Virus record (IMG/VR): IMGVR_UViG_3300045988_119069
Source: a virus
Reading direction: 5' to 3' (one strand)
DNA: 64,000 bases
Shown piece after piece: positions 35,813 through 44,477 of the stretch (position 1 is the stretch's first letter; the number at the start of each line of letters is the position of its first letter). The translations under genes and the position numbers were made by a program. The notes below the pieces were generated by a model that saw only the letters and a program-made list of their open reading frames with translations, was not told the origin of the DNA and ran no database searches.

Positions 35813-35984
35813 CAAGTATTACATCGGATGGGTACGCAGCGGCAAGGACGGCAAGGACCTCGTAAAGAGCCGACCGCGCAAGCAGATAGCCAATACCGTG
35901 ACAACCTCACCGCCAGGCTGCTTTGCCGACCCTTGCGACGGGCTTGGCAACACCACACCGCATATAGTATATAAATTTGAATAA
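35805..35984 (+). CDS. TRD-like mini-ORF J (59 aa)
   Basis: MTDKYYIGWVRSGKDGKDLVKSRPRKQIANTVTTSPPGCFADPCDGLGNTTPHIVYKFE*. Confidence 0.5.
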   Translation: MTDKYYIGWVRSGKDGKDLVKSRPRKQIANTVTTSPPGCFADPCDGLGNTTPHIVYKFE

Positions 35985-35987
35985 GAT

Positions 35988-36158
35988 ATGAAGCTAAGAA
36001 TTGTTCCAATGGAAGCCTACAACGGTTGCATACCCGTGACCGTTTGGATGGTTCAGAAATTTGTCGATCACTTCCCATTCGGCAAATGGGTAAACATCAA
36101 AGGATTTTCCGACAAAGAAAAGGCAGTGGCGCTAATTTCTCTGTTGTATAATATGTAA
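35988..36158 (+). CDS. hypothetical small protein (56 aa)
   Basis: MKLRIVPMEAYNGCIPVTVWMVQKFVDHFPFGKWVNIKGFSDKEKAVALISLLYNM*. Below the track cutoff. Confidence 0.4.
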   Translation: MKLRIVPMEAYNGCIPVTVWMVQKFVDHFPFGKWVNIKGFSDKEKAVALISLLYNM

Positions 36159-36175
36159 TAAAAATTATAGAGACA

Positions 36176-36745
36176 ATGAAACATCAGGAATTTAGGAATC
36201 GTATTGCCTATGCAAGGCGTTATGGAGAATTGGTAGCCGAAAATGTGGCGATGGGACAAAGAATACATCGTCTTGTCAGAGACTATAACAGGGTAGTAAA
36301 AAAACTTCGCAAGCTGGAAGACAAGCATGAGGATGTAGTAATGGAGCTGGCAAAGGAGAAGGCTGCTCACGATGAATTGGCTAAGGGTTACACCAACGTC
36401 TGCAACGCTAACATAGCGCAAGGGCGTGAGACTGACAATCTCAGAAACGTGCTTGCCAATTTGCGAAGTGAGAACGCAGACCTAAAGCAAGAGCGCAGCG
36501 ACCTTATCGACTTGCTTGAGGAAAAAGGGTTCACTCTCGTCAAGAACACCGAATGCCCTCACGATATGATAGAGACGGGGGGCCCGTTCTGCAAAGAAAA
36601 TCCCGAAACAGTAAGAGTGGATAGCTGCGCATGTTGGAATTGTGAATATTTCTGCCTCCGACTGAAGGACAGAGGCAAGATAGTTTGCAAGGAAGGACAA
36701 AAACGGAAGCAGCAAGACAATAATGCCGATGTCGCTATTGAATAA
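36176..36745 (+). CDS. coiled-coil plus Cys-rich protein (paralogue 1)
   Basis: 189 aa. N-terminal coiled coil and a C-terminal CPHD..C..CACWNCEYFC cluster. Preceded by AATATGTAATAAAAATTATAGAGACA. Confidence 0.55.
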   Translation: MKHQEFRNRIAYARRYGELVAENVAMGQRIHRLVRDYNRVVKKLRKLEDKHEDVVMELAKEKAAHDELAKGYTNVCNANIAQGRETDNLRNVLANLRSENADLKQERSDLIDLLEEKGFTLVKNTECPHDMIETGGPFCKENPETVRVDSCACWNCEYFCLRLKDRGKIVCKEGQKRKQQDNNADVAIE

Positions 36746-36777
36746 TATGTAATAAAAACTATAAAGACAATAAAACA

Positions 36778-37227
36778 ATGAAAACAGAAGAAAACAAACG
36801 CATGTTGGCTCTTTCCTATATAGTAGCCGACCTGAAGGCAGAGAACATTGAGCTTGAGCAGCGTGTACATCAGTTCATGGACGAATACAACAACGTGGAA
36901 CATCAGTTGCGAGGAATGGAAAAACGCAAGGACGAAGACCCGTCAAGGCAGACGCTCGGCGAGATGCTGAAGATGCGCGACCATTGCGACGAGCTGGAAA
37001 AGGAAAACAGGGCGCTGAAGGGCTTTGCAAAAGTAATTCATTCCTTTATGAAGGACAAGAAAATCTATATGGAAAAAGGAACGTCCTGCGGCTACATACA
37101 AGGCTCCCCTGCTGTGTGTTCTACAGCCTGTCTGGAATGCGACTCTTGCCTGGGTGTAATTGAAGAATGTGGCATAATCTGCCGACAGGTGCTTTACGGT
37201 GTGAAGGTTAGTTCCGTAAAACGATGA
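36778..37227 (+). CDS. coiled-coil plus Cys-rich protein (paralogue 2)
   Basis: 149 aa with the same architecture (CSTACLECDSC...CGIIC). Preceded by AATATGTAATAAAAACTATAAAGACA. Confidence 0.55.
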   Translation: MKTEENKRMLALSYIVADLKAENIELEQRVHQFMDEYNNVEHQLRGMEKRKDEDPSRQTLGEMLKMRDHCDELEKENRALKGFAKVIHSFMKDKKIYMEKGTSCGYIQGSPAVCSTACLECDSCLGVIEECGIICRQVLYGVKVSSVKR

Positions 37228-37388
37228 CCGACACCACACGCCCCCTCGTAGTCGGCATGATGCAGACCCCACCCTTTACGCACATGTTTGATGTGCTGCG
37301 TCGTGTGTATTCTGCCCGAGACCTATGCCCTGCTTGTCTTGTACCTACAGGAGGCAATCAAGAGATAAAAGTTTTAGTGGAACTATAA
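37224..37388 (+). CDS. TRD-like mini-ORF K (54 aa)
   Basis: MTDTTRPLVVGMMQTPPFTHMFDVLRRVYSARDLCPACLVPTGGNQEIKVLVEL*. Compare the M.HhaI-type RIYSTRGIAITLSAYGGG...YLV (from memory). Confidence 0.55.
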   Translation: MTDTTRPLVVGMMQTPPFTHMFDVLRRVYSARDLCPACLVPTGGNQEIKVLVEL

Positions 37389-37394
37389 AAAAGA

Positions 37395-37769
37395 TTGAAC
37401 ATGAGAGAATTTGTGATAAAGGCATTGCGAAACTACGGTTACCGCTTTCTTGAGAACCAGAGCGGTTGCTACATTTTTGGCAAACCGCTTGGCTACGGCA
37501 TACTTCGTGCGGATGTGTGCGAGGGTGAAAACTCCGTAAGTGTCATGCTGATTGTTAAAGGAAACGTGAAGGACGGCAAACGCCCTGATCTGAAATGGCA
37601 GCGGACGAGCCAGGGCTTTCCCGAAGAACATGACGAACAGAAGATGTACGAGGCGTTCGTGCAAGCCTTAGCCGATTGTGAGGCAGACATCTTCTCCAAA
37701 ACGCCTGTGGCTCACCTGCAGAACCGAGACGTGAGATACGACTTCGAGGAGAATGTCCGTATCGAGTAA
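37395..37769 (+). CDS. hypothetical protein
   Basis: 124-aa ORF. Confidence 0.5.
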   Translation: MNMREFVIKALRNYGYRFLENQSGCYIFGKPLGYGILRADVCEGENSVSVMLIVKGNVKDGKRPDLKWQRTSQGFPEEHDEQKMYEAFVQALADCEADIFSKTPVAHLQNRDVRYDFEENVRIE

Positions 37770-37841
37770 AAGGAATAATCTAAATTTGCACAAGCATACA
37801 GACAGTCGTCTGACTAAACAAAACTGCGTAACAATTCAACT

Positions 37842-38195
37842 ATGATACAGCATCAACACTGGGAAGACTCCACTCGCATACTCATTACCGACGAGCAGCA
37901 TCAAGGCAGCATACAGGCGTTCATTCCTAATCGTGCCGAAGACAGACCTTTGGATGGCGAAGCGGATGCTCTCATCTACTCGCTGTGGGTGGACGAAGTT
38001 CACCGCGGTCGTGAGGTGGCAAAGCACCTGATGGAGACAGTAGAAAAAGAGCTGAAGTATTACGGCGTAGAGACCGTCGCAATTTCGTGGGACGGACGCG
38101 ACTCTCCTCAGTGGGTGTTGCATTGGTACGAAAAGCTGGGTTACGAGGGGAAGGCGTTAGGCAATCAATGCTGCACGCTTCTCAAACGGCTGTGA
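37842..38195 (+). CDS. GNAT-family N-acetyltransferase (small)
   Basis: LWVDEVHRGREVAKHLMETVEKELKYYGVETV fits the acetyl-CoA-binding motif A region. Confidence 0.55.
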   Translation: MIQHQHWEDSTRILITDEQHQGSIQAFIPNRAEDRPLDGEADALIYSLWVDEVHRGREVAKHLMETVEKELKYYGVETVAISWDGRDSPQWVLHWYEKLGYEGKALGNQCCTLLKRL

Positions 38196-38438
38196 TATTC
38201 GTCATCGGATGAACCAGAAAGTTTGGCGTAAGAGAGTTATCATAGAATAATACTAACATCGGGTTCATCTGGTGACAACCAAGAAACTTATCCCGAAGGC
38301 CAAGGGACCGTACTCAGTGTGCCGCATGTCGCCACTCCGTCCAACGTATCTAACGGGCTCTGGTGCAGACGAGCGAGGAGAAGGAAAACTCAACCACTGC
38401 ACATTTCTTTTACGAATTTATAGACAAAGAAACGAACA

Positions 38439-39614
38439 ATGAGTGACTTAAAGATTTTTGCAAAGACCATCGAACCTGAAGTCCAGGAGCAAGTAAGAAA
38501 GATGGCAGAGAGCGAGGCTTACCGCGACTGTAAGATTCGTATTATGCCCGATTGTCATGCCGGAAAGGGATGCACCGTAGGCACCGTGATTGAAACCCGT
38601 GGCAAGGTGGTGCCCAACACAGTAGGTGTGGATATAGGCTGTGGTATGTTGGTATTCAAGTTCGCTGAGAAGGATATTAACCTTTCGCTTCTCGACCGAA
38701 TCATCAATGAGTCGGTGCCGAGCGGATTTGACGTTCACGAAAAGTCCAAGCTAAAAGTTATGAGTCCGCTTACGTCACATCTTTTGCTCGATTTGCACGA
38801 AAGGACACAAGGTTGCTTCGACCCCGACTATATCGGACGCTCGCTTGGCACCCTCGGTGGCGGCAATCACTTCATCGAGCTTGACGAGGACGAGCAGGGC
38901 TGTAAGTATCTTGTGATACATTCGGGCAGTCGCAATCTCGGAGTTAAGGTGTGCAATTTTTTCCAACACTTAGCCAAGAAGAATGTGAATCGTAGTGAGG
39001 AGCGCAAGCGCATCATCGAAGACTTGAAGAAGTACGGCTTAGAGAGGGAGATTAACAATGCGTTGCGTCGTTTGGGCACCGTGCCTCCCGATCTCGCCTA
39101 TCTTGAGGGAGAAGACCTCGATGCCTATAATTTCGCAGCGAACGTCTGTCAGTGTTTTGCCGACGACAACAGATGGGATATAGCAATGACTATAATCCAT
39201 GGGCTTCAATTATCGTTCGTGGATTTCTTTACCACCAGGCATAACTATTTCGACATACACTCAGGCATCATCCGAAAAGGAGCCGTGTGTGCCGAAAATG
39301 GCGAACAGCTTATCATCCCACTTAATATGCGCGACGGTTCGTTGATCTGTCGCGGCAAGGGCAACGACGACTGGCTTCAGTCAGCTCCGCATGGTGCTGG
39401 CAGACTGATGTCGCGCTCGGCGGCAAAGAAGCAGCTCAGCATGGAGGAATACCGCCAGCAAATGCACGACATCTACTCCACATCGGTATGCGAGTCCACC
39501 ATAGACGAAGCACCAATGGCGTATAAGTCGGCAGAGGAGATAGAAGAACTGATAGGCGACACTGTGGATGTGGTGAAGCGCATCAAGCCGATATATAACT
39601 TTAAGGCAAAGTAA
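38439..39614 (+). CDS. rtcB: RtcB-type RNA 3'-phosphate ligase
   Basis: MPDCHAGKG, VGVDIGCGM, GGGNHFIELD, IHSGSRNLG and SAPHGAGR motifs. Confidence 0.9.
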   Translation: MSDLKIFAKTIEPEVQEQVRKMAESEAYRDCKIRIMPDCHAGKGCTVGTVIETRGKVVPNTVGVDIGCGMLVFKFAEKDINLSLLDRIINESVPSGFDVHEKSKLKVMSPLTSHLLLDLHERTQGCFDPDYIGRSLGTLGGGNHFIELDEDEQGCKYLVIHSGSRNLGVKVCNFFQHLAKKNVNRSEERKRIIEDLKKYGLEREINNALRRLGTVPPDLAYLEGEDLDAYNFAANVCQCFADDNRWDIAMTIIHGLQLSFVDFFTTRHNYFDIHSGIIRKGAVCAENGEQLIIPLNMRDGSLICRGKGNDDWLQSAPHGAGRLMSRSAAKKQLSMEEYRQQMHDIYSTSVCESTIDEAPMAYKSAEEIEELIGDTVDVVKRIKPIYNFKAK

Positions 39615-39642
39615 TAACAATTTAACGAATTTATAGAGAACT

Positions 39643-40266
39643 ATGAACACATTTATATCTACTTTTTTAGGCTGGGCATTCTTTCTTGGTGCCATCTTCG
39701 GCTGGACATTCTTCCTCGCCTTTGTCGTTTGGCGTGTGCGGATAATGCACAAGGAACGTCTTGCAAAGAAAAGTCAGCGAGAGAGAGAGGAGAAGCGGAA
39801 GACATGGCTGCCGGAGCCTCCTGTGCTCCTCACTCCGAAAGAGCGTCGCGAATACATGCTCAACCATATCGAGGACGGACGTTTTTACGAAATCTCGTCG
39901 CTCCGTGGCTCTGACACCACCATTGTGTGCGCAAAATGGTATGATGCCGAAGAACAAAGGCTATATTGCTATGCCTACCTTTACATAAGCGGACGTGGTG
40001 TGTATAATCTGCACGTTCGTGACCCTCGCGGTATATTTAAATTGCGTGATTTTATTGGCAACAAGCCCCTGCGCATCGACTTCGACTGTAATCCTCACCT
40101 CGTTGTCTTTGAAGAAGAGAACATTTCTTCGTATATCGTAGATAGAGACTACAACGTCTTCGTGCAAAGCTTGCAAGCGGCTGGGTTCGACTGGAAGATT
40201 GAGAAGGGCGAAGATAACGGACTGGGCTCTTACAAATATCTCTTGAAAGAAACAAGAACAAAATAA
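39643..40266 (+). CDS. membrane-anchored hypothetical protein
   Basis: N-terminal TM (FLGWAFFLGAIFGWTFFLAFVVW) followed by a basic linker. 207 aa. Confidence 0.55.
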   Translation: MNTFISTFLGWAFFLGAIFGWTFFLAFVVWRVRIMHKERLAKKSQREREEKRKTWLPEPPVLLTPKERREYMLNHIEDGRFYEISSLRGSDTTIVCAKWYDAEEQRLYCYAYLYISGRGVYNLHVRDPRGIFKLRDFIGNKPLRIDFDCNPHLVVFEEENISSYIVDRDYNVFVQSLQAAGFDWKIEKGEDNGLGSYKYLLKETRTK

Positions 40267-40304
40267 CAAGCAACAATTCAATAAACAACTAAATTTCATT
40301 TCTT

Positions 40305-41123
40305 ATGAGAAAATTATTTTCAATTCTTTTTGCGCTTGTCGCAGTAGTGATGTTATCCTCGTGTCGTTTTGTGTCGCCCGATGCCGACGAGGAAACCGTG
40401 TTGGTGAAGAAGCCTTGGTTCTTCGGACACGGAGGAGTTGACAACGACCCGGTGCAGAGTGGCCTGACATGGTGTGCCATGAGTACACGTGCCGAAACTT
40501 TCAAGATTGTTCCGGTACGCCATGAGGTTGTTCTCGACGACATCTTCTCCGACGACAACACTCCGCTCGACTTCCATTCTGTCATAGTTACTCAGGTGGA
40601 GCAAGGCAAGTCGCCCGTGCTGTTGCAGAACTATGGACGCGACTGGTTTAACACCAACCTCTACAACTACTTCTGCAATCTTGTCAGGGACCATATCTCA
40701 CAGTATAGTCCGTTCGACTTGATGTCTAACCGTCAGGTATTGAGCACCATCGACAAGAAGATTCTGAAGCAGATGCAGGATTACGTTGCTGCCCTCTCAA
40801 AGCACAAGCCGATGCCAGTCATCATCAAGGACGTTATCATCGGTAAGGCAACACCCAACAAGGAACAGCTTGCCGAAATGAACCGCACGGCAAAGATGGT
40901 ACAGGCCAAGCAGACGCAGGAACGTGAATATGAGGTTCAGGTGGCTCGCGAGAAGGCCGAGCGTCAGAAGGCTGTGGCAGACAAGGCGTATATGAGCGAG
41001 ATGAATCTTAGCCCACAGCAGTTTATTCAGCTTAAATGGGTGGAGACGGTGGCTCAGAAGCAGGGCGCAAACATAGACGTGCTCGTTGGTCCGGCTGAGC
41101 AAATGTGGAATATCAAACGATAA
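40305..41123 (+). CDS. SPFH/Band-7 (prohibitin-like) lipoprotein
   Basis: Lipobox VVMLSSC. The central domain and the C-terminal EREYEVQVAREKAERQKAVADKA helix are typical of SPFH proteins (from memory). Confidence 0.5.
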   Translation: MRKLFSILFALVAVVMLSSCRFVSPDADEETVLVKKPWFFGHGGVDNDPVQSGLTWCAMSTRAETFKIVPVRHEVVLDDIFSDDNTPLDFHSVIVTQVEQGKSPVLLQNYGRDWFNTNLYNYFCNLVRDHISQYSPFDLMSNRQVLSTIDKKILKQMQDYVAALSKHKPMPVIIKDVIIGKATPNKEQLAEMNRTAKMVQAKQTQEREYEVQVAREKAERQKAVADKAYMSEMNLSPQQFIQLKWVETVAQKQGANIDVLVGPAEQMWNIKR

Positions 41124-41144
41124 ACAATTAAAACAATAACGATT

Positions 41145-41510
41145 ATGGTATCAATTATTTCAGCGTTAATAATCCTCCTGATTATCTTCGTGCTTTCCAT
41201 CTTCTCTTCTTGGATCGACAAGTTCGGACGGAAGCACTAGGAGAAGTTCATAGAGAAGGTTGTCGAGACTGCTTCGGATAAGCTGGCTATGGCGTGGAAC
41301 AAGGTAGGTCCGTGGTATCTTGTGGTATATACCAAAGAAAACAGCCACCCGATATGGATCTCTAACAACAATATCCGCAGCGTTCATCCCGACGTTTTAA
41401 ACTGCCGACTGACAGTAAAACTTTTCAACGGCGAGGACATGGTGATAGATGACGTGGAGAGCTACGACCTTCAGGCTGGCAACGAAATGTTTGGTTACGA
41501 CTTTCAGTAA
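41145..41510 (+). CDS. small TM protein interrupted by one in-frame TAG (41238-41240)
   Basis: MVSIISALIILLIIFVLSIFSSWIDKFGRKH*EKFIEKVVETASDKLAMAWNKVGPWYLV... is in frame with track ORF 41289..41510. Confidence 0.5.
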
Positions 41511-41677
41511 CGGCATGCTCGCTGTGGCATAATGCAGCAAAAGATTAAGTGTTAAAAAGTATGTTTAGACTGCGTGGCTCGCATGGTCTTCCCCGAACAG
41601 CCCGACACCCCGAACTTTCCAATTACTTGGGTGTGGGCAAGGGGAAGACAGCGACCCCGCAGTCTTTTTTGTTTTAG

Positions 41678-41737
41678 GCCAACGGATAACACGAAGCACA
41701 CGGATTTTTATCTTCGTGAAATTTGTAATTCGTTGGC
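41678..41737. repeat. interrupted intergenic palindrome (H6, GCCAACGGATAACACGAAG family)
   Basis: Its 5' arm is nearly identical to H3. The 3' arm is CTTCGTGAAATTTGTAATTCGTTGGC. Confidence 0.55.
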
Positions 41738-41825
41738 TCTCCCCTCCCCGAGCATGTCCGCCCCTTCTCCCCGTCTTTCCCTATCTTTGTGCTATAAACA
41801 TTCAACAAAACACATATACAACACA

Positions 41826-43538
41826 ATGACAACAGTTAGCAACATCAGTGAGCTCCAACAGCGTAGTGAGGAGCTTCAGTCGCAAGGCTACGAGGCCGTT
41901 CTGCCTGGCGCGTTCTGTGCGCCCAAGCAGGGAGGCAGCAGTGTGTTCTCATGGGGCGATTACGTTCACCAGAAGCTCACGGCTTCGGCTACCATGACCG
42001 GAGCGGAAGGCAATGCGGCAAGACGGGAGATTTCCGCTGTGTTCGGATCATCGGGCGGCGAGAACAAAGCCGTGCCCGAAGGTGTAGGCACTAAGGGATT
42101 GGGATTCATGGAGTGGGGCGTGGGCAACCGACTGCCTAACCTCGTGTATCTGCTCTCCAAGCTGTCGCCATTTCCGGCAGCGGGAGTTGACTTCGTGAAG
42201 AAAATACTCGTAGGCCGTGGGCCGTGCGCCAAGTATCACTATACACAGTATGTCGGTGGCAATATCACCGAGAAGTACATCGCCTTTCCCTCTGCCGGCA
42301 CGCTGCTCCGAGGACAGATAGCCGACCTCAAGGCTAAGGAAAAGCAAATGTCTGAAACAGAAAACCAAACGTCAGAGTCTAAATCCAAAGATGCCGACTC
42401 CGAGGAGATGAAGTCGCTCAAGGCAGCACTGAAAGAATGGGAGGACACCAATGAGGAGTTGCAAGCATTCATCAAGAACAACGACCTCCACAAGACCTAC
42501 CTTGAGATGGCAGGCGATATGTCGCTCATGTCGCAATGTTTTTGCGAGTTGCAGCTCAACCAACGTCAGTTGGACGAGAACAAACGCTCCGTGCCCACAT
42601 CACGGTGGGACCCGAAGATTGTCGGCATAAAGCCACGCTCGGTGTTCACCACCCGACTGGAGCGCATGGATAGTCAGTATCGCATCAACTATGCTTACCT
42701 CTCAAATCAGTGGCTCGACTCCACCCAGACGCTCACCGAAACCGACCGTCGCATTGCTGCCGTGCCTTATCTTGCAGCCGACACAGCCGTGAGCGACCTC
42801 AACCGCCGCTTGCGTGAGGCTCGTGAGAAACAAGTGAGCCGCAAGAACCGACCCACACGCTTCATCATGTCGCCACGCGACTTCGGTGGTCCTTACTATG
42901 CCGATGCCCTTTGGCACAGCATCTTTGCCGGAAGCATCTTTGAGTATGCCTTCACCATCGTTGACGACCGTCTCACTCGCAAGCGCAACAGCAACATCAT
43001 CGGTCGCGTCATATACATTCATCAGGAATACCTCAAGCAGCTCTACACCCAGCAGGGCGAGAACAAGAGCAAGACGATGGCTCAGATACAGCAGGAGGTG
43101 TTCACCGATGTCAACCGCTGGCTGTCTAATCCCGACAACGCAGGTCAGGCTCTTATCTCTGCCGTGTTCACCGGACTGGACGGCAAGGAGCACAAGGCAT
43201 GGGAGATTGTGGAGATTGAGAGCAAGGCCAACTCGCAAGCGCAAGCCGAGAAGACCGAGCTCCAGGAAATATCTTCCATTATCTTCTTCGCCATGGGCTT
43301 GGACTCGAAGCTCATAGGCAACACCCCAGGCGACGCTACATCATCGGGCGGCACCGACCTCCGCGAGCGTTTCCTTGTAAAGCAGATACAGTTTGCCCCA
43401 TTGCAGCAGCTCATGCTCCGACCGTTGGAGGTGATAAGCAAGTTCAATAAGTGGGACTCGCACCTTGTGTGGCAGATAGACCGCGAAGTGCTCACCACGC
43501 TGGATAACTCGAAAACGGGGGTGACGATGCAGGAATAG
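41826..43538 (+). CDS. putative portal protein
   Basis: 570 aa from the ATG at 41826. The track's upstream extension covers palindrome H6. The call rests on size, an acidic internal loop and position at the head of the structural block. Ends TAG TAA. Confidence 0.45.
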   Translation: MTTVSNISELQQRSEELQSQGYEAVLPGAFCAPKQGGSSVFSWGDYVHQKLTASATMTGAEGNAARREISAVFGSSGGENKAVPEGVGTKGLGFMEWGVGNRLPNLVYLLSKLSPFPAAGVDFVKKILVGRGPCAKYHYTQYVGGNITEKYIAFPSAGTLLRGQIADLKAKEKQMSETENQTSESKSKDADSEEMKSLKAALKEWEDTNEELQAFIKNNDLHKTYLEMAGDMSLMSQCFCELQLNQRQLDENKRSVPTSRWDPKIVGIKPRSVFTTRLERMDSQYRINYAYLSNQWLDSTQTLTETDRRIAAVPYLAADTAVSDLNRRLREAREKQVSRKNRPTRFIMSPRDFGGPYYADALWHSIFAGSIFEYAFTIVDDRLTRKRNSNIIGRVIYIHQEYLKQLYTQQGENKSKTMAQIQQEVFTDVNRWLSNPDNAGQALISAVFTGLDGKEHKAWEIVEIESKANSQAQAEKTELQEISSIIFFAMGLDSKLIGNTPGDATSSGGTDLRERFLVKQIQFAPLQQLMLRPLEVISKFNKWDSHLVWQIDREVLTTLDNSKTGVTMQE

Positions 43539-43560
43539 TAACGAATAAATGATATAGAGA

Positions 43561-44334
43561 ATGATTGAACTGAATAAGATATATAATGAAGACTGCCTCG
43601 AAGGAATGAAACGGATTCCGGACGGGAGCGTGGATTGCATCGTGTGCGATTTGCCGTATGGTGTTCTCAACAAACAGAGTGAAGGAGGGGGATGGGATAG
43701 CATTATTCCGCTTGAGTCATTATGGAAAGAATATCTACGCATAGCCAAACCCAATGCAGCGATTGTTCTTTTCTGTCAAGGTATGTTCACTGCACAGCTT
43801 ATGATGTCGCAGCCGAGACTTTGGAAATATAATCTTATTTGGAGCAAAAACAGAGCAACGGGCTTTTTGAATGTCAACAAGATGCCTCTGCGCTCGCATG
43901 AGGATATTGCAGTATTCTATCGAAAGCAGCCTATCTACAACCCTCAGATGTTAAAATGTGCGCCACATCAACGAAACCATCGAAGGGGCGATGGTTCTCA
44001 TAGTTTGAAGCGAGGTTGTTACGGCGACCATAAAGAAGTGCCTACTATCGTATCAGATGAAAAATTTCCAAATAGTATTATCTGCTTCGATAAGGAACAT
44101 TCAGCCGACACCTTCCACCCCACTCAAAAGCCCGTAGCTCTTATTCAGTACCTCATTCGCACCTACTCCAACGAGGGTGACTCCATTTTAGACAACTGTA
44201 TGGGCAGCGGCACCACCGCCATTGCAGCTATCCGCGAGAAGCGCAACTTCATCGGCTTTGAACTCAACAAGGAGTATTACGACAAGGCTTGCAAGCGCAT
44301 TAAGCAGGAGCAAGCGCAGCTCACGCTGTTCTGA
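43561..44334 (+). CDS. beta-class N6-adenine/N4-cytosine DNA methyltransferase
   Basis: Motif IV DLPYG first, then HPTQKP and motif I DNCMGSGTT. This is the permuted order typical of the N6_N4_Mtase family. Confidence 0.8.
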   Translation: MIELNKIYNEDCLEGMKRIPDGSVDCIVCDLPYGVLNKQSEGGGWDSIIPLESLWKEYLRIAKPNAAIVLFCQGMFTAQLMMSQPRLWKYNLIWSKNRATGFLNVNKMPLRSHEDIAVFYRKQPIYNPQMLKCAPHQRNHRRGDGSHSLKRGCYGDHKEVPTIVSDEKFPNSIICFDKEHSADTFHPTQKPVALIQYLIRTYSNEGDSILDNCMGSGTTAIAAIREKRNFIGFELNKEYYDKACKRIKQEQAQLTLF

Positions 44335-44342
44335 CAAGAGAA

Positions 44343-44446
44343 TCATCAAATGACACGAATGAAACTAATTGTTCGTGAATTTCGTGAAATTCGTAGTATT
44401 TCACAGACCGCAAGCAGCAGTTAGGTCCATTCTATTCATTCGATGA
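44343..44446. repeat. interrupted intergenic palindrome (H7, TCATCGAATGA family)
   Basis: TCATCAAATGACACGAATGAAAC ... CCATTCTATTCATTCGATGA. Confidence 0.55.
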
Positions 44447-44477
44447 TAAAATATAAACAATAAAATTCGCATAGCGT

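Noticed and set aside
41574-41825. The N-terminal 84 codons of track ORF 41574..43538.
   Set aside because: This part starts at a non-ATG codon, spans intergenic palindrome H6 and a leader-like A/C-rich stretch, and reads as low-complexity sequence. The ATG at 41826 behind the AACAAAACACATATACAACACA leader is the credible start.
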